This document shows, piece by piece, positions 27,302-37,494 of a stretch of 64,000 nt of DNA. The stretch is from an uncultured Chromatiales bacterium (GTDB taxonomy: Bacteria; Pseudomonadota; Gammaproteobacteria; CBFCYW01): contig CBFCYW010000005.1 of the NCBI GenBank assembly GCA_965602395.1, positions 5,486 to 69,485 on the forward strand, given 5' to 3'. The stretch's first letter is position 1; each line of letters begins with the position of its first letter. Made by a program: the position numbers and the translations under genes. The notes under the pieces were generated by a model, which was given only the letters and a program-made list of their open reading frames with translations, had not been told where the DNA came from and searched no databases.

Positions 27302-28456
27302 TCAGCGCAACAGCAGCGACTGGGGCGTGTTGGCGGTGAGTATCTGCGCGCCGTCGCCCGTGAGCAGCACCGTGTTGGAAATGAAGAAATCCGCCACCTC
27401 GGTGTTGGTGAACCAGCTGTGCACGTGGAACACCATGCCGGCTTGCAGCACGCGCTCGCTGCCGGGTTGCAGGCTGGTGACCATGCTGCCACCGGTCCAG
27501 CTCGGTGGAAAGCCGATGCCGACCAGATAGCCGCAGTGGTGGCGGCGGTAGTCGCGCAGGCCGGCGCCGTCGGCGACATCCTGCCAGGCCTGATAGACCG
27601 CGCCGGCGGTGACGCCCGGTTTTAGCGCGTCGCAGATCGCGCGCATGCCGCGCCCGGCCAGTTCCGCGGAGGCCTCGGCTCCGCGGGGCGCGCTGCCGAG
27701 ATAGACCAGCCGGCCCATCGGTGCCTGGTATTTGCGGTAGGCGGCGCCGATCTCCAGAAACGCCGCGTCGCCGTTGCGGAACACGTCGCCGCACCAGGTG
27801 GTGTGCTCCTCGCCGAGGCGGCGGGTGGGGCGGATGAAGGGGCCGAAGCCGGGGTATTCGCTGCCGGCGCGGATCATCGCCGCGTGGCAGGCGGCGGAGA
27901 CTTCGTAATCGCTGGCGCCGTCGACGAGTGCTTCGATGGCCGCCAGGGTGCCGGCGTCGGCCGCGGCGGCGGCGCGGCGGGTGTAGGCCTGCTCCAGTGG
28001 CGATTTCACCAGCCGCAGCTCGTCGATCAGCCCCGAGCAGTCGCGCCACTGCGCCGCGGCGGCACCGGCCTGGATCTGCTCGGCGATGCGCGGGGTGAGG
28101 AACAGACTGCGCTTTTCCATCCCCAGCCTGGCGCTCTGCAGGCGCTGCTCGGCGAGCAGGCGCAGCACGTAATCGGCCGGCTCTTCGGTGTCGGCGTGGC
28201 CGTGGAAATCGACGCCGTCGAGCTGGTTCTCCACGGTGATCCGCTCCATGCGCCGCGCCACCAGTGCCGGCGTGCCCTCGCGCGGCAGCAGCAGCAGGTG
28301 GCAGGCGAAGAAGCCCCAGTGGTCCAGCCCGGTGAGATAGTAGATGTTCTCCGGCACGCTGATCAGCAGGGCGTCGAGGTCGGCGCGCGCCATGCGCTGG
28401 CGCACCGCCGCCAGGCGGGCGTCCAGTTCTGCGCGCGGAAAGGCCTTGTCGTGCAT
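27302..28456 (-). CDS. M24 family metallopeptidase (creatinase/prolidase fold), ectoine hydrolase DoeA-like
   Basis: 384 aa. Creatinase N-domain followed by an M24 pita-bread domain (HHCGYLVGIGFPPSW, metal ligands). Divergent from ehuBCDA. Confidence 0.65.
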   Translation of the reverse strand: MHDKAFPRAELDARLAAVRQRMARADLDALLISVPENIYYLTGLDHWGFFACHLLLLPREGTPALVARRMERITVENQLDGVDFHGHADTEEPADYVLRLLAEQRLQSARLGMEKRSLFLTPRIAEQIQAGAAAAQWRDCSGLIDELRLVKSPLEQAYTRRAAAAADAGTLAAIEALVDGASDYEVSAACHAAMIRAGSEYPGFGPFIRPTRRLGEEHTTWCGDVFRNGDAAFLEIGAAYRKYQAPMGRLVYLGSAPRGAEASAELAGRGMRAICDALKPGVTAGAVYQAWQDVADGAGLRDYRRHHCGYLVGIGFPPSWTGGSMVTSLQPGSERVLQAGMVFHVHSWFTNTEVADFFISNTVLLTGDGAQILTANTPQSLLLR

Positions 28457-28739
28457 GTCTTCGCTCCCGGATGGCGCCCTGATGGTGTCCGGGTAGTGGC
28501 AGGATCGTGGCGCAACCGGCGGCGGGCGGCGGATGCTGCGGGCCAGTAGACTCGCCCGGCGCCGCGCCGGCTTGGTCGCCTGCGACGCGACTGCGACATT
28601 GGCCGGCGCAGCCGCGGCGCGCGCCGAGCGCACGTGTTGACTGGCCGCGGCGGCTGTGCGCCCGTTAATGGCGCAAATAGAAGACCGGCGCGGCGTGTGG
28701 TCGCCACGACCGGACACACAGCAGATGGAGGAAAACCCG

Positions 28740-29588
28740 ATGAAAAAAACCATCAGACAGTTGCTTGTCGGCGCCAGCGCGGCGCTGACCCTCGCCGCCA
28801 GCGCATCCGTTGGCGCCGAGGGGCTGCTGGAGCGCGCGCGCGCCGGCGAGACCATCCGCATCGGCTTTGCCAACGAAGTGCCCTGGGCCTACCCCGGCGA
28901 GGGCAATGCGCCGCTGGGCTTTGCCAATGCCCACGCGCTGGGCGTGCTGGAGAAGATGGGCATCACCAATGTCGAGCCGGTGGTTACCGAGTGGGGCGGC
29001 CTGATCCCGGGGCTGAAGGCCAACCGCTTTGACATCATCACCGGCGGCATGTACATCCTCGGCAGCCGCTGCGAGAACGTGAACTTCTCCGAGCCGATGG
29101 GCGTGTTCGGCGATGCCTTCATCGTCGCCAAGGGCAATCCCAAAGGCATCCAGACCTACCAGGACATCAAGAACGGCGGCGCCACGCTGGTCACCGGGGC
29201 CGGTTACAACATCGTCGAGGTGGCCAAGAAGGAGGGCGTCGACGAGGGCAGCATCATGCAGGTGCCCGGGCCCACCGAGATCCTCGCCGCGGTCCGGGCC
29301 GGACGCGCCGATGCCGGTGGCGTGACCTTCTTCACCGCGCGCAATCTGGCCAGGGAGAGTGGCGGCGCGGTCGAGGTGACCGACCCGTCCAGGCTTCCGG
29401 AGTGGACGCTGAACTGGGTCGGCATCGGCTTCCGCAAGAGCGATACCGCCTTCCTCGACGCCTTCAATGCGGCTCAGGCCGATTACCTCGGCAGCCCGGA
29501 AATGCTCGCTGCCGTGGGCGAGTTCGAGTACACCAAAGCGCAGCTGCCCGGCGACGTGACCACCGCCTACGCCTGCGCCAATCGCTGA
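28740..29588 (+). CDS. ehuB: Ectoine/hydroxyectoine ABC transporter substrate-binding protein
   Basis: MKKTIRQLLVGASAALTLAASASVGA signal peptide. Type 2 periplasmic binding fold. Followed by two permeases and an ATPase that match EhuCDA. Confidence 0.7.
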   Translation: MKKTIRQLLVGASAALTLAASASVGAEGLLERARAGETIRIGFANEVPWAYPGEGNAPLGFANAHALGVLEKMGITNVEPVVTEWGGLIPGLKANRFDIITGGMYILGSRCENVNFSEPMGVFGDAFIVAKGNPKGIQTYQDIKNGGATLVTGAGYNIVEVAKKEGVDEGSIMQVPGPTEILAAVRAGRADAGGVTFFTARNLARESGGAVEVTDPSRLPEWTLNWVGIGFRKSDTAFLDAFNAAQADYLGSPEMLAAVGEFEYTKAQLPGDVTTAYACANR

Positions 29589-29729
29589 TCCGAGCATCGA
29601 AAACGGGCCACTGAAACGAGCCGGTGAAGCGGGCCATCGAGTTCGATCACCGGCCGTTTCGGATTGCCTGGCCGTGAGCGGGCGGCGGGTGCCGACTTGC
29701 GCACCCGCGCAGCGCCCCCGGGGAGCGCC

Positions 29730-30395
29730 ATGAGCTACAGCGAATTTCTCGCCGAATACGGCGGCCGCCTGCTGGATGGTGCCGCGGTGACCGCCCAGCA
29801 GACCCTGCTGGCGATTCTGGTGGCGGTGTCGATCGCCGTGCTGATGGGGCTGATGCGGCTGGCGCAAAACCCGCTGCCGCGCGGTCTGGCCACTGCGTAT
29901 ATCGAGATCTTCCGCGGCACCTCGCTGCTGGTGCAGCTGTTCTGGATCTTCTTCGTGCTGCCGCTGTTCGGCATCACCCTGGAGAAGTTCACCGCCGGCT
30001 TCATCGCCGTGGGCATGAACCTCGGCGCCTACGGTGCGGAGGTGGTGCGCGGCGCCATCCAGTCGGTGCCGCGCGGGCAGTACGAGGCGGCGCTGGCGCT
30101 GAATATGTCGCCGCTGGTGCGCATGCGGCGGATCATCTTCCCGCAGGCCTTGCTGCTCATGCTGCCACCCTGGGGCAATCTGCTCATCGAGCTGCTCAAG
30201 GGCACCGCGCTGGTGGCGCTGATTTCGGTCAGCGACCTGATGTTCGAGGCCAAGCAGATCAACGGCTCGACCTTTCTCTCCGTCGAGGCCTTCGGCAGCG
30301 CGCTGGTCATCTACTACGTGATGGCACGACTGGTGATCACCCCGGCGATGCGCGCTCTGGAGCGTTTCGCTGCGCGCAGGCTGGGTCGGACCTGA
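29730..30395 (+). CDS. ehuC: Ectoine ABC transporter permease
   Basis: His/Glu/Gln/Arg/opine-type permease with the EAA motif region ALALNMSP...IIFPQA. Confidence 0.7.
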   Translation: MSYSEFLAEYGGRLLDGAAVTAQQTLLAILVAVSIAVLMGLMRLAQNPLPRGLATAYIEIFRGTSLLVQLFWIFFVLPLFGITLEKFTAGFIAVGMNLGAYGAEVVRGAIQSVPRGQYEAALALNMSPLVRMRRIIFPQALLLMLPPWGNLLIELLKGTALVALISVSDLMFEAKQINGSTFLSVEAFGSALVIYYVMARLVITPAMRALERFAARRLGRT

Positions 30396-30406
30396 GGGGC
30401 GCAAAG

Positions 30407-31084
30407 ATGTTCGATTGGCGCTGGGACTTTACCTTCGAGATCCTGCCGCGGCTGCTGCTGGCGACGCTCAACACCCTGCTTGCCGCGGGCATCGGTTATC
30501 TGATCGCGCTGTTCGTCGGGCTGCTCTTCGCGCTGGCGCAGCGCACCCCCTACGGCCTGGTCAATCGCGCGATGCGCGAGCTGGTGGAGTTCATCCGCTC
30601 GACACCACTGGTGCTGCAGATCTTTTTCGTGTTCTACGTCGGGCCGCAGTTCGGCATCCGCCTGTCGCCCTGGGCCTCGGGGATGATCGCCATCGGCTTG
30701 CACTACGCGGCCTATCTGTCCGAGGTGTACCGCGCCGGCATCGAGGCCGTGCCGCGCGGCCAGTGGGAAGCCTGCAAGGCGCTCAACCTGGGCGCGCGGC
30801 GCACCTACTTCGGCATCATCATCCCGCAGGCGCTGCCGGCCAGCCTGCCGGGCATGGGCAATTATCTGGTGGGCATCTTCAAGGACACGCCGATGCTTTC
30901 GGTGATCGGCGTCGCCGAACTGATGCACACCGCCAACGCGCTGGGTTCGGAGACCTACCGCTTCCTCGAACCCTACACCCTGGTCGGGGTGATCTTCCTG
31001 ATGATCTCGCTGCCCACCGCTGCCGGCCTGCGCCTCTTCGAGGCCTGGGTGCGGCGCCGCCTCGGCCTGACCCGGTCGCCCTGA
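30407..31084 (+). CDS. ehuD: Ectoine ABC transporter permease
   Basis: Second polar amino acid-type permease, with EAA loop [20 protein letters not shown]. Confidence 0.7.
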   Translation: MFDWRWDFTFEILPRLLLATLNTLLAAGIGYLIALFVGLLFALAQRTPYGLVNRAMRELVEFIRSTPLVLQIFFVFYVGPQFGIRLSPWASGMIAIGLHYAAYLSEVYRAGIEAVPRGQWEACKALNLGARRTYFGIIIPQALPASLPGMGNYLVGIFKDTPMLSVIGVAELMHTANALGSETYRFLEPYTLVGVIFLMISLPTAAGLRLFEAWVRRRLGLTRSP

Positions 31085-31151
31085 CGCCCGCGGACAGCGC
31101 CGTGCAACGCAGCCGGAATCGCCGCCGCAGTGGCGGCGTCAACCACGGAGA

Positions 31152-31967
31152 ATGTCCATGAGCGAGCGGGATTTCCCTGCGCAACTCGAACCCGGCGGGC
31201 CGATGGTGCGCTTCGCCCACGTCACCAAGCGCTACGGTTCGCTGACCGTGCTCGACGACCTGCAGCTCGACGTGCAGGCCAACGAGATGGTCTCGATCAT
31301 CGGCCCCTCCGGCTCGGGCAAGACCACCGTGCTGCGCATGCTGATGACTCTGGAGGAGATCGACGAGGGCGTGATCTACGTCGACGGCCAGCCGCTGACT
31401 CACATGCCGCGCAACGGCGGCCTGGTGCGCGCCAGCAATGCCCATTTGCGGCGCCTGCGGGGCGACATCGGCATGGTATTCCAGCACTTCAACCTGTTCC
31501 CGCACATGACCGCGCTGGAGAACTGCATGGAGGCGCCGGTGCAGGTGCTCGGCCTGAGCCGCGACGAGGCCGAGGCGCGCGCGCTGGATCTGCTCGCTCT
31601 GGTCGGCCTCGCCGACAAGAAGGACCAGCACCCGCTGCGCCTCTCCGGTGGCCAGCAACAGCGCGTCGCCATCGCCCGCGCACTGGCCATGCGGCCCAAG
31701 GTGATGTTGCTCGACGAGGTCACCTCGGCGCTCGACCCGGAGGTCATCGGCGAGGTGCTGTCGGTGATCCGCCAACTCAACAGCGAGCATAACCTGACCA
31801 TGCTGATGGTCACCCACCAGATGGGCTTTGCCAAGGAGATCTCCGACCGCGTGTGCTTCTTCTACGGTGGTCGGATCGCCGAGCAGGGGCCGCCGGAGCA
31901 GATTTTCGGCGCGCCGAAGAACGAGCGCACCCGACAGTTTCTCAGCGCGGTGCTGGAGGCCGGCTGA
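31152..31967 (+). CDS. ehuA: Ectoine ABC transporter ATP-binding protein
   Basis: Walker [10 protein letters not shown], signature [15 protein letters not shown] and Walker [12 protein letters not shown]. Confidence 0.8.
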   Translation: MSMSERDFPAQLEPGGPMVRFAHVTKRYGSLTVLDDLQLDVQANEMVSIIGPSGSGKTTVLRMLMTLEEIDEGVIYVDGQPLTHMPRNGGLVRASNAHLRRLRGDIGMVFQHFNLFPHMTALENCMEAPVQVLGLSRDEAEARALDLLALVGLADKKDQHPLRLSGGQQQRVAIARALAMRPKVMLLDEVTSALDPEVIGEVLSVIRQLNSEHNLTMLMVTHQMGFAKEISDRVCFFYGGRIAEQGPPEQIFGAPKNERTRQFLSAVLEAG

Positions 31968-31995
31968 GCGTCGCTGCCGTGCGCGCCGGCGGCGC

Positions 31996-32652
31996 CTATC
32001 CGGGCGGCTCGCCCATCGCGGCGATGAATTCATCCGCCTCGCGGATCGAGCGCTGCATCTCGCCGAGCAGCTGGCCGACGTCCGACTGCACCTGGCCGAG
32101 ATCGCCGCGCAGCGCGCCGATGGCGTGTGCGTTGAGGTTGTGCTTGAGGTACAGCACGCGGTCGCGGAAGGCATTGAGCACCGGGTCGATGCGTTTTTCC
32201 GCGCGCTGCATGGCCGCCAGCAGCTGGCTGTAGCGGCTGCGCGTGTCGCGCAGTTGCGCGGCGCTTTGCCGGCGCAGTGAGCTGGAGCTGTACTGATCCA
32301 GCTCCGTCTCCCACTCGGCGAACAGCGCTTCGGCCACATCCTCCACCTTGTCGATGCGTGCGTGCACATCTTCGGCGCGCGCTTCGCTGTCTTCGTAGGC
32401 TTCTTTGAGGCGCCGGTACTGGGATTCCAGATCGCCGCCCTGGTAGCCGGTTACCGAGATGAATTCGTCGAGTGCCGATTCAAACTGTTGTTTGGCTTCA
32501 GTTTGTGATTCGCGCGCCTCTTCGACGCGGTCGACGAGAATGTCACGTTTTTCCACGCCAAATTTTTCCAGGGTGGCATAGTAGGCGGTTTGACAACCGG
32601 TCAGGAGCAGGCTGCTTGTCAGCAGGATCGGGGTGAGCAGGCGGTTGGGCAT
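31996..32652 (-). CDS. DUF2959-like coiled-coil lipoprotein
   Basis: 218 aa. Signal peptide with lipobox LTGC. Highly helical and charged. The family assignment is from memory and is moderately certain. Confidence 0.55.
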   Translation of the reverse strand: MPNRLLTPILLTSSLLLTGCQTAYYATLEKFGVEKRDILVDRVEEARESQTEAKQQFESALDEFISVTGYQGGDLESQYRRLKEAYEDSEARAEDVHARIDKVEDVAEALFAEWETELDQYSSSSLRRQSAAQLRDTRSRYSQLLAAMQRAEKRIDPVLNAFRDRVLYLKHNLNAHAIGALRGDLGQVQSDVGQLLGEMQRSIREADEFIAAMGEPPG

Positions 32653-32808
32653 CGGGGTGTTTCCGGGCGGTGGTTGGGGCTAATTTAACTGCGGTTTTTC
32701 AAAAAATGCACTTCGGCTACCGCTGCGCGGGTGAAAACCGGCGGTTGTGCGGCTGTGGGCAGCCGGTTTTCGGCGCTGCGCCACGGTGCGGCCGGGGTTG
32801 CGGGCGGC

Positions 32809-33840
32809 TCAATCCAATAGTTTCCAGCGCAGTGTTTCACCGGCCCGCAGGGGAATGACCCGGCTGTCGCCGAAGGCGTAATCCGCCGGCACTTGCCAGC
32901 TCTGCTTTTCCAGCGTGACCGTGCTTTGGTTGCGCGGCAGGTCGTAGAAGTCCGCGCCGTTGAAGCTGGCGAAGGCTTCCAGCTTGTCCAGCGCGCCGGC
33001 CTGCTCGAAGGCCTCGGCGTAAAGTTCCAGCGCGGCGTGTGCGGAGTAGCAGCCGGCGCAGCCGCAGGCATTTTCCTTCGCCCCCTGCGCATGCGGCGCG
33101 CTGTCGGTGCCGAGGAAAAATTTCTTGCTGCCGGAGGTGGCCGCCGCCAGCAGTGCCTCTCGGTGGCTTTCGCGTTTGAGGATCGGCAGGCAGTAGAGAT
33201 GCGGGCGGATGCCGCCGACCAGTATCGCATTGCGGTTGTACAGCAGGTGCTGCGGGGTCAGGGTGGCGGCGATGTTATCCGGCGCCGCGCCGACAAACTG
33301 CGCGGCCTCGCGCGTAGTGATGTGTTCGAGGACGATTTTCAGCCCGGGCAGCTCGCGCATCAGCGGTGCCAGGGTGCGCTCGATGAAGACCGCTTCGCGG
33401 TCGAAGATATCGATGTCCGGATCGACCACTTCGCCGTGCACGCAGAACACCAGACCGAGTTCCTGCATGCGCGCCAGTGCCGGGTAGGCGCGGCGCAGGT
33501 CGCGCACGCCGGCGTCGGAATTGGTGGTCGCTCCGGCCGGGTAGAGCTTGATCGCGAATACCGCGCCGCTGGCGGCGGCGCGGTCGATCTCCTGCGGCGT
33601 GGTGCTCTCGGTGAGGTAGAGGGTCATCAGCGGCTGGAAGTCGAGGCCCGCCGGCAGTGCCTCGAGGATGCGCTGGCGATAGGCCAGCGCCTGCGCGGTG
33701 TCGGTCACCGGCGGCTTGAGGTTGGGCATGACGATGGCGCGGGCAAACTGGCGCGCGCTGTGCGGCACTACGTCGGCCAGCACCTGGCCATCGCGCAGAT
33801 GCAGATGCCAGTCGTCGGGGCGGGTGAGGGTGATTCGCAT
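32809..33840 (-). CDS. pyrC: Dihydroorotase (homodimeric type)
   Basis: [18 protein letters not shown] HxH metal motif and the rest of the PyrC fold. ATG at 33840, or GTG at 33852. Confidence 0.85.
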   Translation of the reverse strand: MRITLTRPDDWHLHLRDGQVLADVVPHSARQFARAIVMPNLKPPVTDTAQALAYRQRILEALPAGLDFQPLMTLYLTESTTPQEIDRAAASGAVFAIKLYPAGATTNSDAGVRDLRRAYPALARMQELGLVFCVHGEVVDPDIDIFDREAVFIERTLAPLMRELPGLKIVLEHITTREAAQFVGAAPDNIAATLTPQHLLYNRNAILVGGIRPHLYCLPILKRESHREALLAAATSGSKKFFLGTDSAPHAQGAKENACGCAGCYSAHAALELYAEAFEQAGALDKLEAFASFNGADFYDLPRNQSTVTLEKQSWQVPADYAFGDSRVIPLRAGETLRWKLLD

Positions 33841-33920
33841 GGCTGGGGTCACCGGAGGTCAAAATGCCGTTATTATGCCACCGCCGCGTGCATTGGCGGG
33901 CGGCGCTCTGAGGAGTAATC

Positions 33921-34427
33921 GTGGTTCGGCTTTTTCGACTCTATCTACAGATGACACTGCTGCGCGCCGCGCCGCAGGATGGCCCGGGCGGGCGCGAGGT
34001 GCTATCGATTGCCCTGGCCGCGGCGCTGATCACCTACGTGGTGGCGATCGCCGCGCTGCACGGGCTGGCCGAATCGCTGGCGCGCGCGGTGCTGGACGTG
34101 GGCGTGCTGGCCTCGCTGCTGCACGCCGGGCTGCGGATCACCGACAAGCTGCCGCGCTTTGAGCAGGCCTTCGCCGCTTTCTGCGGTACCGGCGCGATCA
34201 TCAACCTGATCGCCTGGCCGCTGCTGGCGAGCGTGGGGCCGCAGAGCGAGGCGGGCAACTCGCTGGTCTCGGTGAGTCTGTTGCTGATGTATATCTGGAG
34301 CGTGCTGGTCGGCGCCCATCTGTTTCGCCACACCTTCGATACCAGCTTGCCGGTCGGCGTGCTGGTGTCGCTGGGCTATGTGTTGCTTTCGGTGAATATC
34401 ACCGCCTTGTTTTTTGCCGGCGGCTGA
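33921..34427 (+). CDS. Integral membrane protein, unknown function
   Basis: 168 aa with 4-5 TM helices. Conserved position between pyrC and mpl. Confidence 0.45.
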   Translation: MVRLFRLYLQMTLLRAAPQDGPGGREVLSIALAAALITYVVAIAALHGLAESLARAVLDVGVLASLLHAGLRITDKLPRFEQAFAAFCGTGAIINLIAWPLLASVGPQSEAGNSLVSVSLLLMYIWSVLVGAHLFRHTFDTSLPVGVLVSLGYVLLSVNITALFFAGG

Positions 34428-34441
34428 AGGACTGACCCCAC

Positions 34442-35827
34442 TTGCACCTGCACATTCTCGGTATCTGCGGCACCTTCATGGGCGGGCTGGCGCTGCTGGC
34501 CCGCGAGCTCGGCCACACCGTCACCGGTTCGGATGCCGGCGTCTATCCGCCGATGAGCAGCCAGCTCGAAGCCGCCGGCATCGCTCTGATGGATGGCTAT
34601 CGCGCGGAAAATCTCGACGTCGCCGGGCGCGACGGGCCGGATCTGGTGATCGTCGGCAACGCTTTGTCACGCGGCAATCCGGAGGTCGAAGCGCTGCTCG
34701 ACCGCGGCCTGCCCTACAGCTCCGGGCCGCAGTGGCTGGGCGAGCAGGTGCTGCGCGAGCGCTGGGTGCTGGCGGTGGCCGGCACCCACGGCAAGACCAC
34801 CACCAGCTCGCTGCTCGCCTGGCTGCTCCAGCGCGCCGGTCTGGAGCCGGGCTTTCTGATCGGTGGCGTTGCGGAGAATTTCGGCGTTTCGGCGCGTCTC
34901 GGCCGGGCGCCGTTTTTCGTCATCGAGGCCGATGAGTACGACACCGCCTTTTTCGACAAGCGCAGCAAGTTCGTCCACTACCGGCCGCGCACGCTGGTGC
35001 TCAACAACCTCGAATTCGATCACGCCGATATCTTCGACGATCTCGAAGCGATCAAGCGCCAGTTCCACCACCTGCTGCGCACCGTGCCCGGCAACGGCCT
35101 GCTGCTGGTCAACGCCGACGACGCCAATCTGCCGGATGTGCTGGCGCGCGGCCAGTGGACCCCGGCGCAGACCTTTGGCCTGGCCGCCGGCGACTGGCGC
35201 GCGCAGGCCGAATGTCCCGATGACGGCCGCGCCTTCGAATTGATCGGACCCGATGGCGGCCGCCACCCGGTGCACTGGTCGCAGGGCGGTCGACACAATC
35301 TGGCCAATGCCCTGGCCGCGGTCGCCGCGGCGCGCCACGCCGGCGTGCCGGTGGCCGAATCGGTGGCTGCGCTGGGCGAGTTCGCCGGCGCGCGGCGGCG
35401 CTTGCAGCTGCGCGCCGAGGGCCGCGGAATGTGCGTTTTTGATGACTTTGCCCACCACCCCACGGCGATCGCCACGACCATTGCTGCGCTGCGTGCGCGA
35501 ATCCCGACCAGGCCTGCCGGTGGCCGTTTACTGGCGGTGTTGGAGTTGCGCTCAAACAGTATGCGTAGTGGCGCTCACCTGGCCGCGCTGCCGGCCGCGC
35601 TGGGCGCTGCGGACGCCGTTATCCTCTACGCGCCACCGGAACTTGATTGCGATCTCAGTGCGCTCCAGCAGGCGCTCGGATCACGGCTTACCAGGCTGTC
35701 TTCTGTTGAGAAAATCACGGAACACCTTATTTCTGACGGGCAGCATGGCGATCATATTCTGATCATGTCCAACGGCGCCTTCGGCGGCCTGGTCGATCAA
35801 GTCGAAGGCGCTCTCGCCGCTAATTAA
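34442..35827 (+). CDS. mpl: UDP-N-acetylmuramate:L-alanyl-gamma-D-glutamyl-meso-diaminopimelate ligase
   Basis: 461 aa. HILGICGTFMGGLA N-terminus and a Mur-ligase P-loop GTHGKTTTSSLLAW. TTG start with RBS AAGGA. Confidence 0.85.
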   Translation: MHLHILGICGTFMGGLALLARELGHTVTGSDAGVYPPMSSQLEAAGIALMDGYRAENLDVAGRDGPDLVIVGNALSRGNPEVEALLDRGLPYSSGPQWLGEQVLRERWVLAVAGTHGKTTTSSLLAWLLQRAGLEPGFLIGGVAENFGVSARLGRAPFFVIEADEYDTAFFDKRSKFVHYRPRTLVLNNLEFDHADIFDDLEAIKRQFHHLLRTVPGNGLLLVNADDANLPDVLARGQWTPAQTFGLAAGDWRAQAECPDDGRAFELIGPDGGRHPVHWSQGGRHNLANALAAVAAARHAGVPVAESVAALGEFAGARRRLQLRAEGRGMCVFDDFAHHPTAIATTIAALRARIPTRPAGGRLLAVLELRSNSMRSGAHLAALPAALGAADAVILYAPPELDCDLSALQQALGSRLTRLSSVEKITEHLISDGQHGDHILIMSNGAFGGLVDQVEGALAAN

Positions 35828-35850
35828 ACCGCCCGTCAACCGACGGGGGA

Positions 35851-37188
35851 GTGAGTAAGCTGCAGGTCATGGCATCAGTGGGCACGGCTTCCCAACTGGA
35901 CTTCGAGGTGCCGAGTCGCATCGCCAAATACGATATTGGCGAGTGTCTCGGGAAGGGTACCTGTGGGCTGGTGTTTCGCGGTTTTGATCCGGTGATGTGC
36001 CGCGACGTGGCGATCAAACTGTCGCTTGCGGACACCGAAAAAACCGACTCTGCCGGCGCCCCGGCGGCGCAGCGCAGCTTCCTCACCGAGGCGGCCGCGG
36101 CCAGCAAGCTCAAGCATCCGCACATCGTCGCGCTCTACGACGCCGGCATCGAGGACGGCCTCAACTATCTGATCATGGAGTACGTCAGCGGCAGCTCGCT
36201 GCGCCGCTACGGCAAGGGTCAGAAACAGCTGCCGCCCTGGCAGGTGCTGCAGATCATCTGCCACTGCTGCGAGGCGCTGGACTACTCGCACAGCCAGGGC
36301 ATCATCCACCGCGATATCAAGCCCAGCAACATCATGCTCACCGAGGAGGGCGTGGCCAAACTGCTCGACTTCGGTATCGCTATCTCCGCCGCCAAACAGG
36401 GCAGCAAGCGCACCGGGCCGTCGCTGGGTACGCCCAACTACATGTCGCCGGAGCAGATTCTCGGCATGTCGCTGGGGGCGCCGAGCGATCTGTACTCGCT
36501 GGGCACGGTGCTGTTCGAGATGCTCACCGGCAAGCAGGTGTTCAAGGCCGGCAAGGTCAAGGAGCTGTTCCGGCTGGTGGTGCGCGACAAGCCGCCGCTG
36601 TTGTCGGATATCCGCCCGGATCTGCCCGACGCGCTGTCGCGGGTGCTGGAGCGGGCGCTGTCCAAAGATCCCAGCGAGCGCTATCAGACCGGCGCGGAGA
36701 TGGCCGCCGATCTGGCCGCGCTGGCGCACCGCATGCGGCCCACCGAGGGCGAGTCGCGCGGCGCGCAGGTCGAGGGGCTGCGCGAGTTGCCGTTTTTCGA
36801 CGACTTTACCGAGGCCGAGCAACTGCAGATTGCCCTGGCGAGCAGCGTGATGCACGTCCACCCCGGCGAGACCATCCTCGAAGAGGGCGCGCTGGATGAG
36901 CATCTGTACATCGTCGTCGATGGCATCGCCACACTGCGTCGCGGCGGCCGACTCTGCGAGGCGCTGGCCGCCGGTGACTGCTTCGGCGAAATGGGTTTCA
37001 TCAATCAGGCAGAGACCCACTACGGCGCGGTGGCGGCCACCGAAGTCACCCTCTATCAGGTGCAGCCGGCGTTGTTCGAGCGCGCTTCGGCGCACACCCA
37101 GCTGCACTACTACAAGGTCTTTTCGCGGCTGATGGCCGGGCGCATGGCCAGCAGCGGCGATTCGCAGATCGACCTGCTGCTCTACTAG
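35851..37188 (+). CDS. Hanks-type Ser/Thr protein kinase fused to a C-terminal cyclic-nucleotide-binding (CAP/CRP-like) domain
   Basis: 445 aa. Kinase motifs GKGTCGLV, VAIK, HRDIKPSNIML, DFG and GTPNYMSPE. The C-terminal region FFDDFTEAEQ...GDCFGEMGF...AAVAATEV matches a cNMP-binding beta-barrel, with GEMGF in the phosphate-binding cassette. Start is GTG 35851 or ATG 35869. Confidence 0.8.
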   Translation: MSKLQVMASVGTASQLDFEVPSRIAKYDIGECLGKGTCGLVFRGFDPVMCRDVAIKLSLADTEKTDSAGAPAAQRSFLTEAAAASKLKHPHIVALYDAGIEDGLNYLIMEYVSGSSLRRYGKGQKQLPPWQVLQIICHCCEALDYSHSQGIIHRDIKPSNIMLTEEGVAKLLDFGIAISAAKQGSKRTGPSLGTPNYMSPEQILGMSLGAPSDLYSLGTVLFEMLTGKQVFKAGKVKELFRLVVRDKPPLLSDIRPDLPDALSRVLERALSKDPSERYQTGAEMAADLAALAHRMRPTEGESRGAQVEGLRELPFFDDFTEAEQLQIALASSVMHVHPGETILEEGALDEHLYIVVDGIATLRRGGRLCEALAAGDCFGEMGFINQAETHYGAVAATEVTLYQVQPALFERASAHTQLHYYKVFSRLMAGRMASSGDSQIDLLLY

Positions 37189-37494
37189 CCGCAAGCCAGC
37201 GGCGCCGCAGGCGCCACCGGTCGAGCCAACAGCCAATCCGGCAGCTTGGCATCCCCCACACTCCCAGCTGTCACCGAATCCGCGCAATTGTCGGCCGGCG
37301 TCTGTGTGGATGGCCGCGCAGAAGGCCGCGGACACAAGCGGGCGATCACCGACAGCGGCCGCGCGGAGATTCTGCCGCCGAGCGGCGCCGGGCGGGTTCT
37401 TTTTGCACCGTGGAACAGGTACTTGTTCGGCGCGCGGCGCTGCGGCAACCTGTGGCGACCGGGCTTGTCGCCCCGAACACACAGGGAATGCGCC

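Noticed and set aside
37420-37445. Possible sigma-54-like -24/-12 element (TGGAAC-N5-CTTGTT) upstream of the TM-receiver gene
   Set aside because: Lacks the conserved GC of the -12 element. The GG/GC spacing is off. Likely chance.
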